A stretch of DNA of 64,000 bases from Azolla caroliniana (taxonomy: Eukaryota; Plantae; Polypodiophyta), in NCBI GenBank assembly GCA_043228905.1, contig JBHGNT010000002.1:7688001-7752000 (forward strand). The letters run 5' to 3'. Position 1 is the first letter of the stretch, and each line of letters begins with the position of its first letter. Made by a program: the position numbers and the translations under genes. Of this stretch, positions 1 through 12,707 are shown piece after piece. The notes beneath the pieces were generated by a model, which worked only from the letters and a program-made list of their open reading frames with translations, had not been told where the DNA came from and searched no databases.

Positions 1-1434
1 CCGCTGGTGGTTGACGTGGCCTATCCGCTTGTGCCACAAGTCGATGTCCAACTCGGATTTTGTTCCCTTCGCGAACATTGCGGTGCCGCCGTCAGTGGAG
101 TCGAGGATGAACATCCTCTCGTCTCTGCGCCCTTGCGCAATCACACGACCTTCTTCCTCAATGAAGCACCCGAGGTGTGTAAACCGAACCTCCATCCCTT
201 GGTCGACAATCTGTCCGACCGAGACCATGTTTTTCGTGATTGTCGGAACATGCAACACGTTCATGAGTTTCCCTTTCTGCCCGACATGGCTAAGGGGAAC
301 TTCTCCGACATTCGCGATCGGATGCAGAGTGTCGTCTTCAGTTGCGACTACTCCAGGTTGTATCGGTTTTTCAAGGTACGAGAACCACTCCTTATGGCTC
401 GTCATGTGGTTTGACGCGCCGGAGTCTACATACCACACCTCGTCCGATCTCGGGGTGCTCTGTTTCATTGAGTTTGCTTCGTGTCTCGTCACGAAGGCAG
501 ACCCTTCTCCGGCTCTCCCGGAGTCTTCGGCGTAGTGCAATCGCTGCCGATTTCCCTTGTCGATATGTCTGGAGCCGTTTCCGGAACCGGTTCTCTCCGA
601 ATCGGCGCGCTTCTTCCAGCACTCACTTTCCCTGTGGCCTTTCTTGCCACAGTACCAGCACTCCGCGATGGCCTTCCCTTGCCGGTTCTCATCGCTTCGA
701 CTCCCCCTGTTTCCGGAGGGTTCGAAGTTGCTGTTGGCATCACTTCGGTGCCTTCTTCCTTGATCTCGTCGGCCGCCTCCATTGCACGCCGACTCGCCTC
801 GTCCTCCACGTCCACGGGGCCTATCACCCTCCGTGCACAGCATTCTGCTGTCGGCGTGCGTGCTTGTAGATGCACCCGTGTGGTTCTCCTCTACTAGGAG
901 CATTGACTGTAAGTCAAAAAAGGACGACGTATTCTCCTGGGTACACACAGCCGTTCGGAACGCTCCGAACTTCGACGCCAAACCTCCGAGACAGATCTGG
1001 ACCATCTCGCTCTCCTCAATGTTTACCTCTATGGAGGCGAGGGAGTCGTAGATATCCTTGATCTTCGAGGTATAGTCCGCCACCAACAAGTCGCATTGTC
1101 GTAGGTTGCTCAACTCCAGTCGGAGCTGAAGCTTCCTGGCTGTGGTGCTCGCGGCGAAAATCTTCTTCAGATTTTCCCACGCATCCTTCAGCGTCTTTGC
1201 ATCCCGAACATAGCTCAATAGTTGTTTGCCCACACACGACGCGAAGCAGTATAATACCCTGCTCGCCGATTGCTCCCACGACGGGAAGTCTCTATGTGTC
1301 GATTCGGGTGCTGCGTCATTAGCTACTTTGACATAACTCCAGTAGCCGTGCCCGGGTAGGTACTGGTGCATCTTGTAGGACCAAGACGCGTAGTTGGTTC
1401 TGTCGAGCTTCTCTGTTGGAAGCGAGCTCGCCAT
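1..1434 (-). pseudogene. gag: copia gag-protease, disrupted
   Basis: ATG at 1434; CCHC knuckle at about 610-660; DSGA protease motif at about 410-435; frame broken by stops. Confidence 0.8.
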
Positions 1435-1497
1435 GCCTCTATCCATCGTTCTTCTTCGTCAAGCTGTGTCGGCTGCAGAGAGGTTCTCAACCCTCGC

Positions 1498-1509
1498 GCT
1501 CTGATACCA
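1498..1509 (-). promoter_or_regulatory. Primer binding site, tRNA-iMet
   Basis: gctctgatacca is the reverse complement of TGGTATCAGAGC and abuts the LTR. Confidence 0.9.
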
Positions 1510-1862
1510 TGTAGAAAGTATGAAGAAAGAATAGAAGGAAGAACACTCAGGTTTAATGGAGAGCTTGAGCTTACGCAGTATACGCGGGAGAGACAGAGAG
1601 AGTGAGAGAGAAGACACTAGAAAAAAATATATTCAAGAAAAACAACCATACATATATGTGTTCAATGAACTCTTTGTACAAGTCCTAGAAGGACTGACCG
1701 AAGTACTGACAGTACTTCAATGCTCATTAAGAGCTCCTACACTAACTCCCAAATATATTCCTCACGGAATATCTTTCCTAATGGCCTAACCGATCGGTCC
1801 CAACCGATCCGGTCCTCGGCTTCTTCAACCGATCCGGTCGATGTTGAGCTTGTCTCTCAACA
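1510..1862 (-). repeat. copia 5' LTR
   Basis: TG...CA termini, next to the PBS; the outer end interrupts a LINE RT fragment. The partner LTR is outside the window. Confidence 0.75.
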
Positions 1863-2185
1863 GAAACTTTGTAAGAAAATGTTTTTGGACATTTTCAAAC
1901 TCTTTCCACGTAGATTTAGGGATGCTACCGCCCCATACTTCCACCCCATAGAGAAGAACCAGGGTCACCAAAGTGTTGAAAAGATATTTCTTGAGGACCC
2001 AACACTTAATATCTCCAAGATTGCATGTGTTCTCAAATGCATAATATGCTTTTTTACCCGCCTCTAAGTGGTGTGTAACACATTCATTCCATCTATGATT
2101 TGAAGGAACTTCAAGGCCAAGATATTTGAAGTTTTCCACACATTCAAGTGGCTCATTGTTGTACATAATGCATGGTTGATCTCTT
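1863..2185 (-). pseudogene. LINE (non-LTR) reverse transcriptase fragment
   Basis: ORF 1825..2166 contains PLECVENFKYLG and LLYGVEVWG, typical of the RT thumb region; homologous to the LINE at 5532-7995. Confidence 0.8.
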
Positions 2186-2252
2186 GTTTAGGGAGGGAGA
2201 GGGGGGAACTTCCTCTCAAGGGAGGGTCGGCCGTTCGGGCGTGCCAAAAGTA

Positions 2253-2460
2253 TTGTTGGGGTGGGGGGTGAAGCCTAGAATAGCTTCACACCCCCTCCCA
2301 AGGGGGTTAAGTTAGTGAGAGAGCTAGAGAGAAAGACAAATAGAAAATGACACAGTTTTTCCCCTCTCACATTTGTGTCATTTTCTATTTGTCTTTCTCT
2401 CTATCTGTCTCACTAACTTAACCCCCTTGGGAGGGGCGGTGAAGCCTAGAACCCCAACAA
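2253..2460. repeat. Foldback / MITE-like inverted repeat
   Basis: Arms of about 70 bp (2283-2354 vs 2374-2445) are near-perfect reverse complements. Outer ttgttgggg/ccccaacaa also pair. Confidence 0.8.
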
Positions 2461-2571
2461 CACTCCTCGCGCATAACACTTCATCCCGCTGACATTTACC
2501 CAACTTGGAATTAACTTCATCAAGTTAGTACAATTAACAGAAGGACGTTGGTGCTTCCCTTTGAGATTCTC

Positions 2572-2995
2572 TCCAGCCACAGGATTCCCTATGACTACCA
2601 TGTTAGACTTCACCCTAGTCATTGACCCAACCATGACATGTGCCATGAAGTCCACCAATCCCAAAATAGCCCACACTCAACGACGAAGTGGAACACTTTA
2701 GTAATGGGTGATCTCTAGTCAATGCTTCGGGCAAAACCAATTCCCAAGGTATGACATGTGGTGTGTATGGGGCTTGAGCACATATTCACCGCGACATACT
2801 AATTCACAATTACTAGCGATTCCAACTTCATGTCCTTGAGCTACAAAGAACGATATCAACTAAGGCAATCTTTCTAGATTCGCTTCGCCCTACTTCCTAT
2901 TGTAAATGCCATTGTAGCACGTGTGTCGCCATGCGAACTTGAGTTCATTCTCACCTTCCTCCATAGTAGAACTACAGTCAGTCTCTTGTGACTGC
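2572..2995 (-). pseudogene. rrn18: Degenerate 3' part of an organellar SSU rRNA, most like plant mitochondrial 18S (NUMT)
   Basis: Recognisable SSU antisense blocks: tccagccacagg..ccta..actacc.tgtta.gacttcacc, catattcaccgcg..tactagcgattccaacttcatg, ccattgtagcacgtgtgt, caccttcctcc. The block gggcaaaaccaattccc resembles plant mitochondrial 18S as I recall it. Confidence 0.75.
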
Positions 2996-3681
2996 AACAT
3001 TGGCATAGAGGGAGTGTCATCAATGTTCGCTAATTGACTGAACAAAGATTCATGGGTAGTTAGTTACAAATGAGGTGGATCACTTACCACTGACTCGCTC
3101 ATCGGAACCTCAAGTTTCTCAGAACTCGTCACATAAACTTCTTTGGTGGTTAGCATTGTGGCGCCACATCAGCCTCGTGATGGATGCAAGTGTTTGATAT
3201 GGAGGACACCCTCAATACCTCTTTGTGTTGGCTATTTGGACATCTCTCAGCATCTTGAAAACCCTCCATCCCTTTTTACTTTGGGGTCGAAGCATGCGAT
3301 GGTGTACCAAAAAAGTACTGTTTTTGACCAAAAAAACACGAGTACTATTAGTATTGTTAGTACTAAGTAATTATAAAAATGTTTTTAGAAAATCAGAAAA
3401 ATTTAAAATCTTTTTAGGGAGTGGGGTGGGGGTAGTACACGTTGCATTTAAGTCAGGGAATGGGGGAAGACGGTTGCTACGTATTCAGAATTGTTTTGGG
3501 GGCTATTTCCACCTCACTTTTAATTTAGCATGCCACATTAATTGATTTTGGCGCTTCTCACTGTCGTCCCCTCTTCCTCCCAACCAAGCCCATCTTAGAT
3601 TCATCATTCTATTGTTCTCTTCATCTCAGGTATTCGCAGTATGCGAATGTCCACATCGTTTTGTTGTTCTTTTCATCACTC

Positions 3682-3790
3682 ATCTTCTCCTTCCCTCGGA
3701 ATGTCTTCTCCTTCCCTCGGTATATCTTCTCCTTCCTTTGGTATGTCTTCTCCTTCCATCGGTATGTCTTCTCCATCTTCTCCTTCTCCA
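3682..3790 (+). repeat. Tandem repeat, about 21-bp unit x5
   Basis: Repeated ttctccttccctcggtatgtc-like units. Confidence 0.75.
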
Positions 3791-5531
3791 TAAGTTCTCT
3801 AGTGTTGATTAGAGCAATTATTTATGGCATAGGTTATTTCCGAATAGTTTTTACGCTATAATATTTCTAGTTTATCCTTTGGAATGCAAAATTTAAGATT
3901 AATTTATGCTGTAAAGATTACGTCTTCATCGTCATCATGATTATTATTGTCATTATCATCTCCATCTACTTGGTCATCGTTACCATATTACGTTGATCAT
4001 ATTGTTATTTGTATTGTTTCCCGATCTTAATGGATTATAGTCTTCTGCCAATGATGTCCTGCACATGTAGATAACACCTAAAACCTGACTTTTATATTAG
4101 CCTAATGTTATGGTCAAACTAGTAATTTAGGTGACTTAGGGTTGGAGAAGAGATTAGATCATAGAAATATGAAATTCAAAGTATTTGATGAAAATGAAAA
4201 GTGAGATATGTTTTTTGTGATACTTCAGTTTTATGTTTTAGATTGTCTAAAGCTGTGATTTTATGGTTTAGATTTGGTTAATTTTTGTTCATCCATTTCA
4301 GAATAGTCTAACTTAAATGATGGTTGTGTTTCATAAAAATTAATTGTTTTGGAAAAGGAATATATGAGTGTGGCATAATCATAAATGTTAATTCGAAAAT
4401 TGGTTGATGTTTATGCTATGGCGTATTAAGTATGTTTATTCTACGATGTGTTAAGCACTTATTTTGATTAATTTAGTATTGAAATAACAAGAACATGTTC
4501 GTGTTCAGAAGTGGAAGGATCGCGCGCAATTGGATGGATAGGGAATATTCCATTAGATTTCTAGGTTTTTTCAACCATCTCACAAATAATGTGGTACCTA
4601 TATCACATGTGCTCAAAGACTCAAAGGAAAAGCTTAAAATATCACCATGTCATAAATTTGAAAATTCACAATATTAGACAAATGGAAGAATTTTACACCA
4701 TGTTTTTTATCGTAAAAATAACAACTCATGTTTTTTCTAACAAACAATATTCACAATGACAAATTGATTTAAAACAATTAAGTTTTATATCATTTGAGTT
4801 CTTACAAGCTTATATTGTTAACTATTCATGCCAAAAAATGCAATCACGAGTTATTCCTCCCATAAGAATCACTACTATAGAGCCTAGTACACAATGGTGA
4901 TTCATCCTCGTCATCATCAGATGTACCAATCAAAGTATTGTCTTCATTTAAAAGCAAATGTTGTGACTCCAAATCATGTGTAGAAGATCTGGTCTGCCTT
5001 TGATCTACGAAGCCTTGTAGACTTGGCAATTTCTCTTTTATTATGTCTATTGTTGACTTCCTTAAACGTCCAGCTTTTGCTAGTGTAAAGTCGTATACAA
5101 TGATATCCACATCTTGCATGTCAAGGGTCGATGTGTTATGAATATTTCTTTTTCGCTTTCTATTTCCTCTTGATGTTGGGCATTCCATCATCTCCAATGT
5201 ATACTTGCGTGTAAATGCATTCTTGCTTCCTTTTGTCATGTAAGGCTTGCATCCAAAAGTTCCTTTGTTAATCTACCAAGTCATTGTGCATTTCCTCTCT
5301 AGTTTCAATCAGCATTTGTTTTGCACCATGAACAATAGTTACAAATGGCATATGAAGCAAGAACTAGCAACCCCCTTCTGGCTCCCACGATGGGGAAGAT
5401 GAATATTGCTTTGCACGCAATAGTGTGCAACCACTTATATCATTTTTCTTTATCAAGAACACATTATTGAAGCTAATATTGTTTAATTGGGCTAACACTT
5501 TCACATTCTCCTCCCCACCATCCGCTATGTA

Positions 5532-7995
5532 CTCTCAACCCATGTGCTTATCTTTTGCTCCATAATAGTGCTAAATAATTTAGCACTATTATGGAGCAAA
5601 AGATATTAAGCACATGGGCTGAGAGTACAAGAAAAAGAGCACTTGGGCAAGCTGGATTTAGACCAAAAAACTCCATCGTGGATCATTTGGTCACATTAAG
5701 AGTAATCATAGAAGAGGCAAGCTGGATTTAGACCAAAAAACTCCATCGTGGATCATTTGGTCACATTAAGAGTAATCATAGAAGAGAGTCGACTACAAGG
5801 AAAAACACTTTATTGTTGTTTTGTTGATTTCAAGAAAGCTTTTGATACCGTACCACGAAGTGAGCTTTGGAATAGAATGGTAGACATTGACATGCCATTA
5901 GCATACCGAGTTGCGGTTGCACGCCTATATGAACAAGTTAAATGCCAACTAAAAATGGATAGTGGATTCTCAAAGCACTTCTTAAGTAACATGGGGGTCA
6001 AGCAATGATGTCCACTATCACCCACACTCTTTGACTTATGTATCAAGATAAATTAGAAGAAGTGGTGAATAAGGTTGCAAGAGAAGAAGGATTAAATGGC
6101 CCCAATTTGATGCAACATGTTATCTTATTGCTTCTATATGCAGATGATGTGGTACTCTTCTCATATGATGTTGATAGTATGCAACATTTACTTGGGGTAT
6201 TAGAAGAATTTTGCCGTACTACTAGACTAGTAGTGAATGTGGAGAAAACAAAAATGATGGTAGTGCAAACCATCCAACCTCATCATTACCCTATGCTCAC
6301 ATATGGAGTAGAAGTATGGGGTGGCACCATCTCTCTTAATGCATGGAACGACATTGAGAAAATCCCAAAGATGTTTTTAAGGAGGCAATTAGGAGTTAAA
6401 TGCACTACCTCGTACCAGGTTATGCTCTTGGAAACGGGTGTTCAACCCATAGAACTATTGGCACTCCAAAGAGTATATAAATACATCACAAAAGTCAAAA
6501 ATATGCCGAAACATCGATTACCACATCTTGCTTGGAATGTTGGATGTAAGCTACAAAAGAATCATAAAAGTAAGATTCTCTCATCTGGTTGGGTTGTTGA
6601 CATAAGGAAATGGTTTAGAAGATGGGGTGTGGATGATCTTTTAGAGGTTTCGGGCAATGCTATGCAGTATGTAATGATTGAGGAAAGGTTGGTGGAATCA
6701 TTAAGGATGAAGTGGGAGGATGCTAAGAGGACAAAGCTAGAATACTACATTGCAAATGTCAATCCTGAATGTTGGTCTCAATATAAAGCAAGAATGTCTA
6801 TTGATCATATCCAACCTTATCTCATTACCAATATGAGTAGTAATGCTTGTAGAACCCTTACACTACTTCGCACTCGATCTCACAAGTTAGGTATTGAAGT
6901 TGCATCATGGTATCAAAATGTAACGAATTTGAAGACATGTCAAGTATGCAATGAAGACATGGTAGAGGATGAATGGATTGAAAATGGCCGTACTAGTGAA
7001 GTCCCTAAGGAGGAAAGGATATGTAGGTTATGTCACATAGAGATAGAGGATGAGTACCACTTTACATGCAAGTGTCCAACCTATGCCGAGATAAGGGCAA
7101 AATACCAAGACATACTTGGTCCGTCTCCCACCCTCCCCAAACTATTAGATACTCTAGATATAAAGAAATTAGGAAAATACATTCTAGAGCTAAAACAACA
7201 CAGAGAGAATAAATTACAAAATGTTGACAATAATGTTGCTAATGATCACAAACATGTAACAAATGCAGTTTTTCAGGAACCTGAGGAGACAACGAATGCC
7301 GACACACTTGCACCACTCGGCCTTTCCATTGATGAGGCAGAAAACCAGAGAAGAACCAGACGTCCTCGGGTGCCGGGTTTCAAAGCAACTCAACGTGATG
7401 TGGAAGCAATATTGAAAATAAGGGAACGTGAGCTACACCGCCTAGAAGCCATGGCTAGGGCACTCTCTACATTGGAACCCACATCAAGACCCTTTGACCC
7501 CCCACTTCTTTTCGAGAGGCTTGGGTGGAAATAAAATTAGGCTTAGTGTATAGTCACTTTCGAGTATACTACATATTGTACACTACTAGAACTCTTTTAG
7601 TTTAAGTTCTATTTTTTTTTTACTTAATTTTATTTTAGTTATAATGACTGGATAAATACCTTATTGTTGTAAACCAATTGTCTCATGGGCCAAATTTGGC
7701 CTTAGAAGACGTTAATACATCTTTCTTTCTTTCTTCACATGCTCGACATATAGTGCAATTCGTTCAAGATATGCTGACATACTAAGCGGGAGTGATAACT
7801 TAAGTTTCATACTTAAGACACCACCTAGAAGGTTGAGCTCATATGTGTATGCTTTACTAACACATAGAGACTTTGTGCTTCAGTGTATGAATACCCCTTC
7901 TTAGGAAGGAGATATATATCAAGAACACATGTATACTCTGGTCCCATAGGTCAAAATTGGCCTCTTTATGGATGATAAAAATTCTAATTCTAATT
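5532..7995 (+). mobile_element. 5'-truncated LINE (probably chimeric) inserted in the transposase
   Basis: 7-bp TSD ctatgta (5525-5531 and 7996-8002); (attcta)n tail; RT motifs QAGFR, FVDFKKAFDTV, GVKQ, LLYADD. Confidence 0.85.
5646..7534 (+). pseudogene. LINE ORF2 remnant: RT plus C-terminal Cys/His domain(s)
   Basis: ORFs 5748..6008 and 6038..7534 with YADD; C-terminal CQVC..EDE and CRLC..EDEYHF..C motifs. Confidence 0.85.
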
Positions 7996-10279
7996 CTATG
8001 TATCTCTTAAAGTTGTATATCTCCTTTAAGTGGAGCACATTTGGACGTGGTGTATATGCATAAAAAATGACATCAAATAACTTCGGTAATCTGAAAGCAT
8101 CATATCGAAACCACTATCTAGAGAATGTACTGAACATTTGATCAATATGGTCATGTGTATTCCACCAACATGCTCAAATATCTGAAGATAGTTGAATTCT
8201 TGTTCTCCCTAACAGTGTTGTTCAATTGAATGTAGAGAAAAGGGGGCAATGGGTGCCCCCAATTCATCAGAACACTTTGAATCAAAGTAACTGTTAGGTT
8301 GGGGTCGTTGTGGACATTCAGGTAAGTAATGAAGACGTGAGGTTTAACTGTCCCATTATAAGCCAAACAACCCCCCAAGTGCATTTGAACGAGACATTTG
8401 TCATTGACGTCTTTCGGAAGCCTCCTAAGGTGAGGTACACACGTCTTCTTCTAGTTCATACAATCAATCATTAGACACATATATTGTTCCGTTTTCTTCA
8501 ACGACTTCTCTCTATGGTGCATTGCTTTTGTCCGCTCTAGTGCTTGCGGTTCTTGATGATCTTGTAACAATTGTTTATTGATGTCCTTCTCCTTTGTTGT
8601 TTTAGCACCTTTAGTCATGCTCTTGAGGTTTGCACAAATAGAACAATACCCCATGTGTACTTTCCGAGGTATGACAACGTTAATGAATTGTGTTGACCAC
8701 AATCTTGTGAACTAACTGTAGGTGCCATATTTATCACTTGACGTTAACATATCCAATTTGTAGGCATCATATACTTCTCGTCGTGTGTAATTATCTGAAA
8801 GATGCAACCTACCGGTAGTTGGCATTACTTCACAATTAAGGTTGAAGTAGTTCTTCATCCAACGGATTGCATTTCTTCTGGATGCACCCTTCATACTCGG
8901 AACTTCACTGCCATCGACACTAAGATCACCATTGAGAACTCGTTGTTGCAATCTATGTAATCTCATGTTGCTAACACATAACGAAATCTTGGATGCCACT
9001 CTACACCATTGTAGACCATAGAAGATTAATACTCAAATGAGATCTTAATGTCTAACAATATGTCCTTTACCATCTGCATCTTCGTTGCAAGATAAGTGTC
9101 TTGCTCATAACCAATGAGTGAGAAATAGTATCGCCTTAATGACCTTAACTTATCCTTTCCAATAGCAGGCATGCACCCACATGCACAACAATCTTTGCCA
9201 ATATCTACTTTGAGTTGGTTCTCATACATCACAAAGGCAAACCTATCTCGGTTGTTTCAATGTGGAACCCTTGTAAAATGCATAGGGCTTGCCGACTGGA
9301 TTTCTTCTACACATACATTTGTTGGCTCATTTTGTTCATTTATTTCGGAATGTGCAATAGCAGCAACACTTGTGGCAACGTGATTGTCATTCTCTTCATA
9401 GGTTAGATCCTCATTGTACTTGTACTCATCAATCGAGAACTCATGACTTAGGGTGATAGTTGATAGTGACTTAGTATTTGGTGACCACACGCAATATTCT
9501 TTGACAGAAAAGGGTGATCCTATCGAAATAGGATATTCATCCACTGAAAATGGTGAGTTTTGGCTCATTCTCTCAAACTTCGAAGATCCTATCAAACGAT
9601 TCACTATCCAAAGATTTCACAACACTTAATATGGTCCAAATAACTATTAGATGAGAGGGTTCCCAACATGTGCTTGAAAGTGAGATAAAATCTTCTTCAT
9701 ATTGTGGCTTTGAATTGGTATCTCCATTTTCATTAATATTTTCTTCCTTGTCTAAAAACAAAAGTACGTGGTATTAGTCTAACAAAGATAACTTTACAAC
9801 TCTCAAAGTTTGTGAGAATTTGTATGACCCACCAGAACAATCAACTTTCCATTTCTTCCCCTTTCCATACAATTTCCTTGCAACATCACATTTCTTCGTA
9901 GGCTTTGTGATAGAAACATAAGAAATTAGAAGTATACCAACATTTCAGAACGTAGAAGTGCAAACACAATTTGCATTACCATTCACATAGTCAGGGCGCA
10001 CCTAGCTAGGAGAATTTGTTTGAAGCAACACTTCTTCAACTGTTCTAATGGCCTTTCTCATACATTCATCTTCATCATAAATTTCATCAGGTATCACTAA
10101 GGAACGACCGTGGACTTTGGAATTAGCAGCAGACTCTATACGTAGTATCACGGGGGCTGGTTGGTCAATTACCTTCCCTAGCGTGGTGTTGCTAGATACT
10201 ACAACATTCATATTATAAGAATACATATTATAAGAGTACATATTATAACATGAGTCCAATATTACAAATATTATTAGTA

Positions 10280-11185
10280 CTAAATCAACTGGACATTTGA
10301 GACCTTCAATATTAATCAGTACTGCTTCAACTAATCACGAAGGAATACACTATAATCAATAATCAGTAATGTTAGTACTAGACAACCAAGACCTTCATGT
10401 GGTGTTGTTCGAGCATGCAGAGCCTAAGTCAAGTGGACACAAAACATACAATGTAATGAACAATTTAGTGCTAATACAAGTAGTCTAGTGGACAATTAAG
10501 ACCTTCAATACTAAATAATCAGTACTTAATCAACTGATCACTAAGAAATACAATGTAATCAATATTGTTAGTACTTAATCAACAAAAGAGGGACTTGAGG
10601 GCACAATATTGAACCATCTAGACACAAAAAGTCGATATTTCATGTGGTAATGAACAATGTTACTAAACAGCCAAGACCTTCATGCCTATTTGTTCGGTCA
10701 TGCAAAGCCTACGTCAAGTGGACACAAAAAGTACAATGCAATAAACAATGTTAGTACTAATACAAGTAGTCCAATGGACAATTAAGACCTTCAGTACTAA
10801 ATAATTAGTACTTAATCAACTGATCACCAAGAAATACAATGTAATCAATATTGTTAGTACTTAATCAACAAAAAAGGAACTTGAGGGCACAATACTGAAC
10901 CATCTAGACACAAAAAGGCGATATTTCATGTGCTAATGAACAATGTTAATACTAAACAGCCAAGACCTTCATGCGTATTTGATTGGTCATGCAAAGCCTA
11001 ATTCAAGTAGACACAAAAAGTACAATGCAATAAACAATGTTAGTACGAATACAAGTTATACAACTAAACATTTAAGACCTTTAGTACTAAATAATCAGCA
11101 CTGAATCAGCTCATCACCAAGGATTACAATGTAATTAGTAATGTTAGTACTGAATCATGAATAAAGGATCTTGAGGGAACAATAC
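10280..11185. repeat. Tandem repeat, about 288-bp unit x3
   Basis: aagaccttcatg recurs at about 10388, 10673 and 10962; aagaccttc/t..tactaaataat recurs at about 10498, 10784 and 11074. Confidence 0.8.
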
Positions 11186-11532
11186 TCATAGGTATAAGAA
11201 TAGAACCAAAAGTAAAATAATAAAATCATAGTATAAAAATTGCATAATGCTTAATCACATACCATAGGAGTGTACTTTCAAACCCCAAGCTAATTATCAG
11301 TCGGCTCCAACTATACTTTTACAGTCCAAACATATATTTTCTTTCTCGAAATGGTACTTAGCGCATAACAAATGATATGTGTGCAAGCATGCTATAATAA
11401 TAACATCCATAGACTCAAGCTTGAATCCAAGGCCATAGAATAAACACCTTTAGTAATGAGACACAACATAGACTATATTAGCACCAATGATATTTTATAC
11501 CATAGAAGGTCAAAAAGGAAAAATATAAACCA

Positions 11533-12707
11533 TTACCGTGATATAGCAATACTTGTAATTGTACTTTCCATGCAAGCGGGGTGCTCAACTACGTCTGGAC
11601 ACAAAGTATCTAAACCTTTCTCTTTTACACCCTTCATCAAACATGTTAGGTTCTCTGAATGCAACTTTAAGGCTAATAAGTGGTCATCAATTTTAGAATG
11701 AGAATACCTCCATGTCTCTAGATCATTCTTCTGTGCTTCTAGATGGGTACCCATATTTGTGAGCTCCTTCAACTCCTCTTTCAACACATCGCTTTTAGAA
11801 TTTTGGATTGTTGATGCAATCCATTCGTATGTATTCGACATAGATGTGAATTGTTTCTCTGCCTCCATCTCACTAGATCTTTCTTCTGTGCTTCTAGATG
11901 GGTACCCATATTTGTGAGCTCCTTCAACTCCTCTTTCAACACATCGCTTTTAGAATTTTGGATTGTTGATGCAATCCATTCGTATGTATTCGACATAGAT
12001 GTGAATTGTTTCTCTGCCTCCATCTCACCAGATGAAACTTCTTCCAAATCGGCTTGTAGTGCTTGCATTTTTGTTTGCATGGAAGCTATACAACGTAACA
12101 ATCTCTCTTCATGCTTTTCTATCAGTGTGACTCTTTGTTTTGCAATCTGTTGAGTCAACACAGATGTTCTAGCTAGGATTTCAAAATGAGAGGTACCCTC
12201 AAACTTCATAGTAGTGTTGGTACTTGAGGACCCTCTATAGTGTGATGATCGATGATGAGCAAAATCTTCCCAATCAACTTCAATGCCACCATGGAGCTCA
12301 CATGCAAATGCACGTGCAAAGACAGCTCCTACCTCATTGTTTAGGACATGTTTCACATGATAAACTTGTTCATATTATGACCTTAGTTTAGTGATATAAT
12401 CCTCCTTCAATTGAGTGAGGTGGAAACCTCTCCTTGTCTCGAGTTGTGATGAGACCCAAGTTTTCATCATCCACATGTCTAGGTCTTCATAAGTGTTAGG
12501 TCATACACGAAGGAAATATCCCCATCCTAATTTTGTACCTCGAAGGATGTTTGTGTAAATCTCTTTGCCCTGAGTTGTTGAAAACTTAGACCTCCCTCTG
12601 GTGGGGGTCATCTTACTTTCTTTGATGGTGGTCCTTTTTCTTTCCTTGCATGGTGTGTTGACATTTTCTTTGACCATTTTCTTCTTCGTGGGTGTCTTCC
12701 TTGTCAT
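11533..12707 (-). pseudogene. Degenerate gene of unknown function (basic N-terminus, coiled-coil C-terminus); possible transposon cargo
   Basis: ORFs 12501..12707, 11781..12356 and 11533..11868 on one strand; an internal duplication of about 156 bp (11714-12028). Confidence 0.4.

Larger units (their letters stand above)
1..1862 (-). mobile_element. Ty1/copia LTR retrotransposon, 5' part (runs off the left edge)
   Basis: On the minus strand an LTR (TGTTGAG...TCTACA) is followed by the PBS TGGTATCAGAGC. Then come gag with the zinc knuckle CWYCGKKGHRESEC and the copia protease WYVDSGASNHMT ... LHVPTITKNMVSVGQ. Confidence 0.9.
4492..9604 (-). mobile_element. Degenerate Sola-like DNA transposon (one TIR plus transposase; the other end not found)
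   Basis: aacatgttcgtgttcagaagtggaaggatcgcgc at 4492 matches the TIR at 53216. Minus-strand ORF fragments 4844-5239, 8151-8384, 8451-8702, 8712-8999, 9026-9232 and 9257-9604 are colinear homologues of the 53575-56355 transposase. Confidence 0.85.
4844..9604 (-). pseudogene. Sola-like transposase pseudogene, split by a LINE
   Basis: YMCLMIDCMN, YIQLNNTVRENKN and DIIVYDFTLAKAGRLRKSTIDIIKEKLP match the second copy; many stops and deletions. Confidence 0.85.

Noticed and set aside
7-1061. Plus-strand ORFs of 60-175 aa, and similar antisense ORFs over elements D and F
   Set aside because: Shadow frames of GC-rich retroelement coding sequence on the opposite strand.
2572-2995. Functional rRNA gene
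   Set aside because: Partial and heavily mutated.
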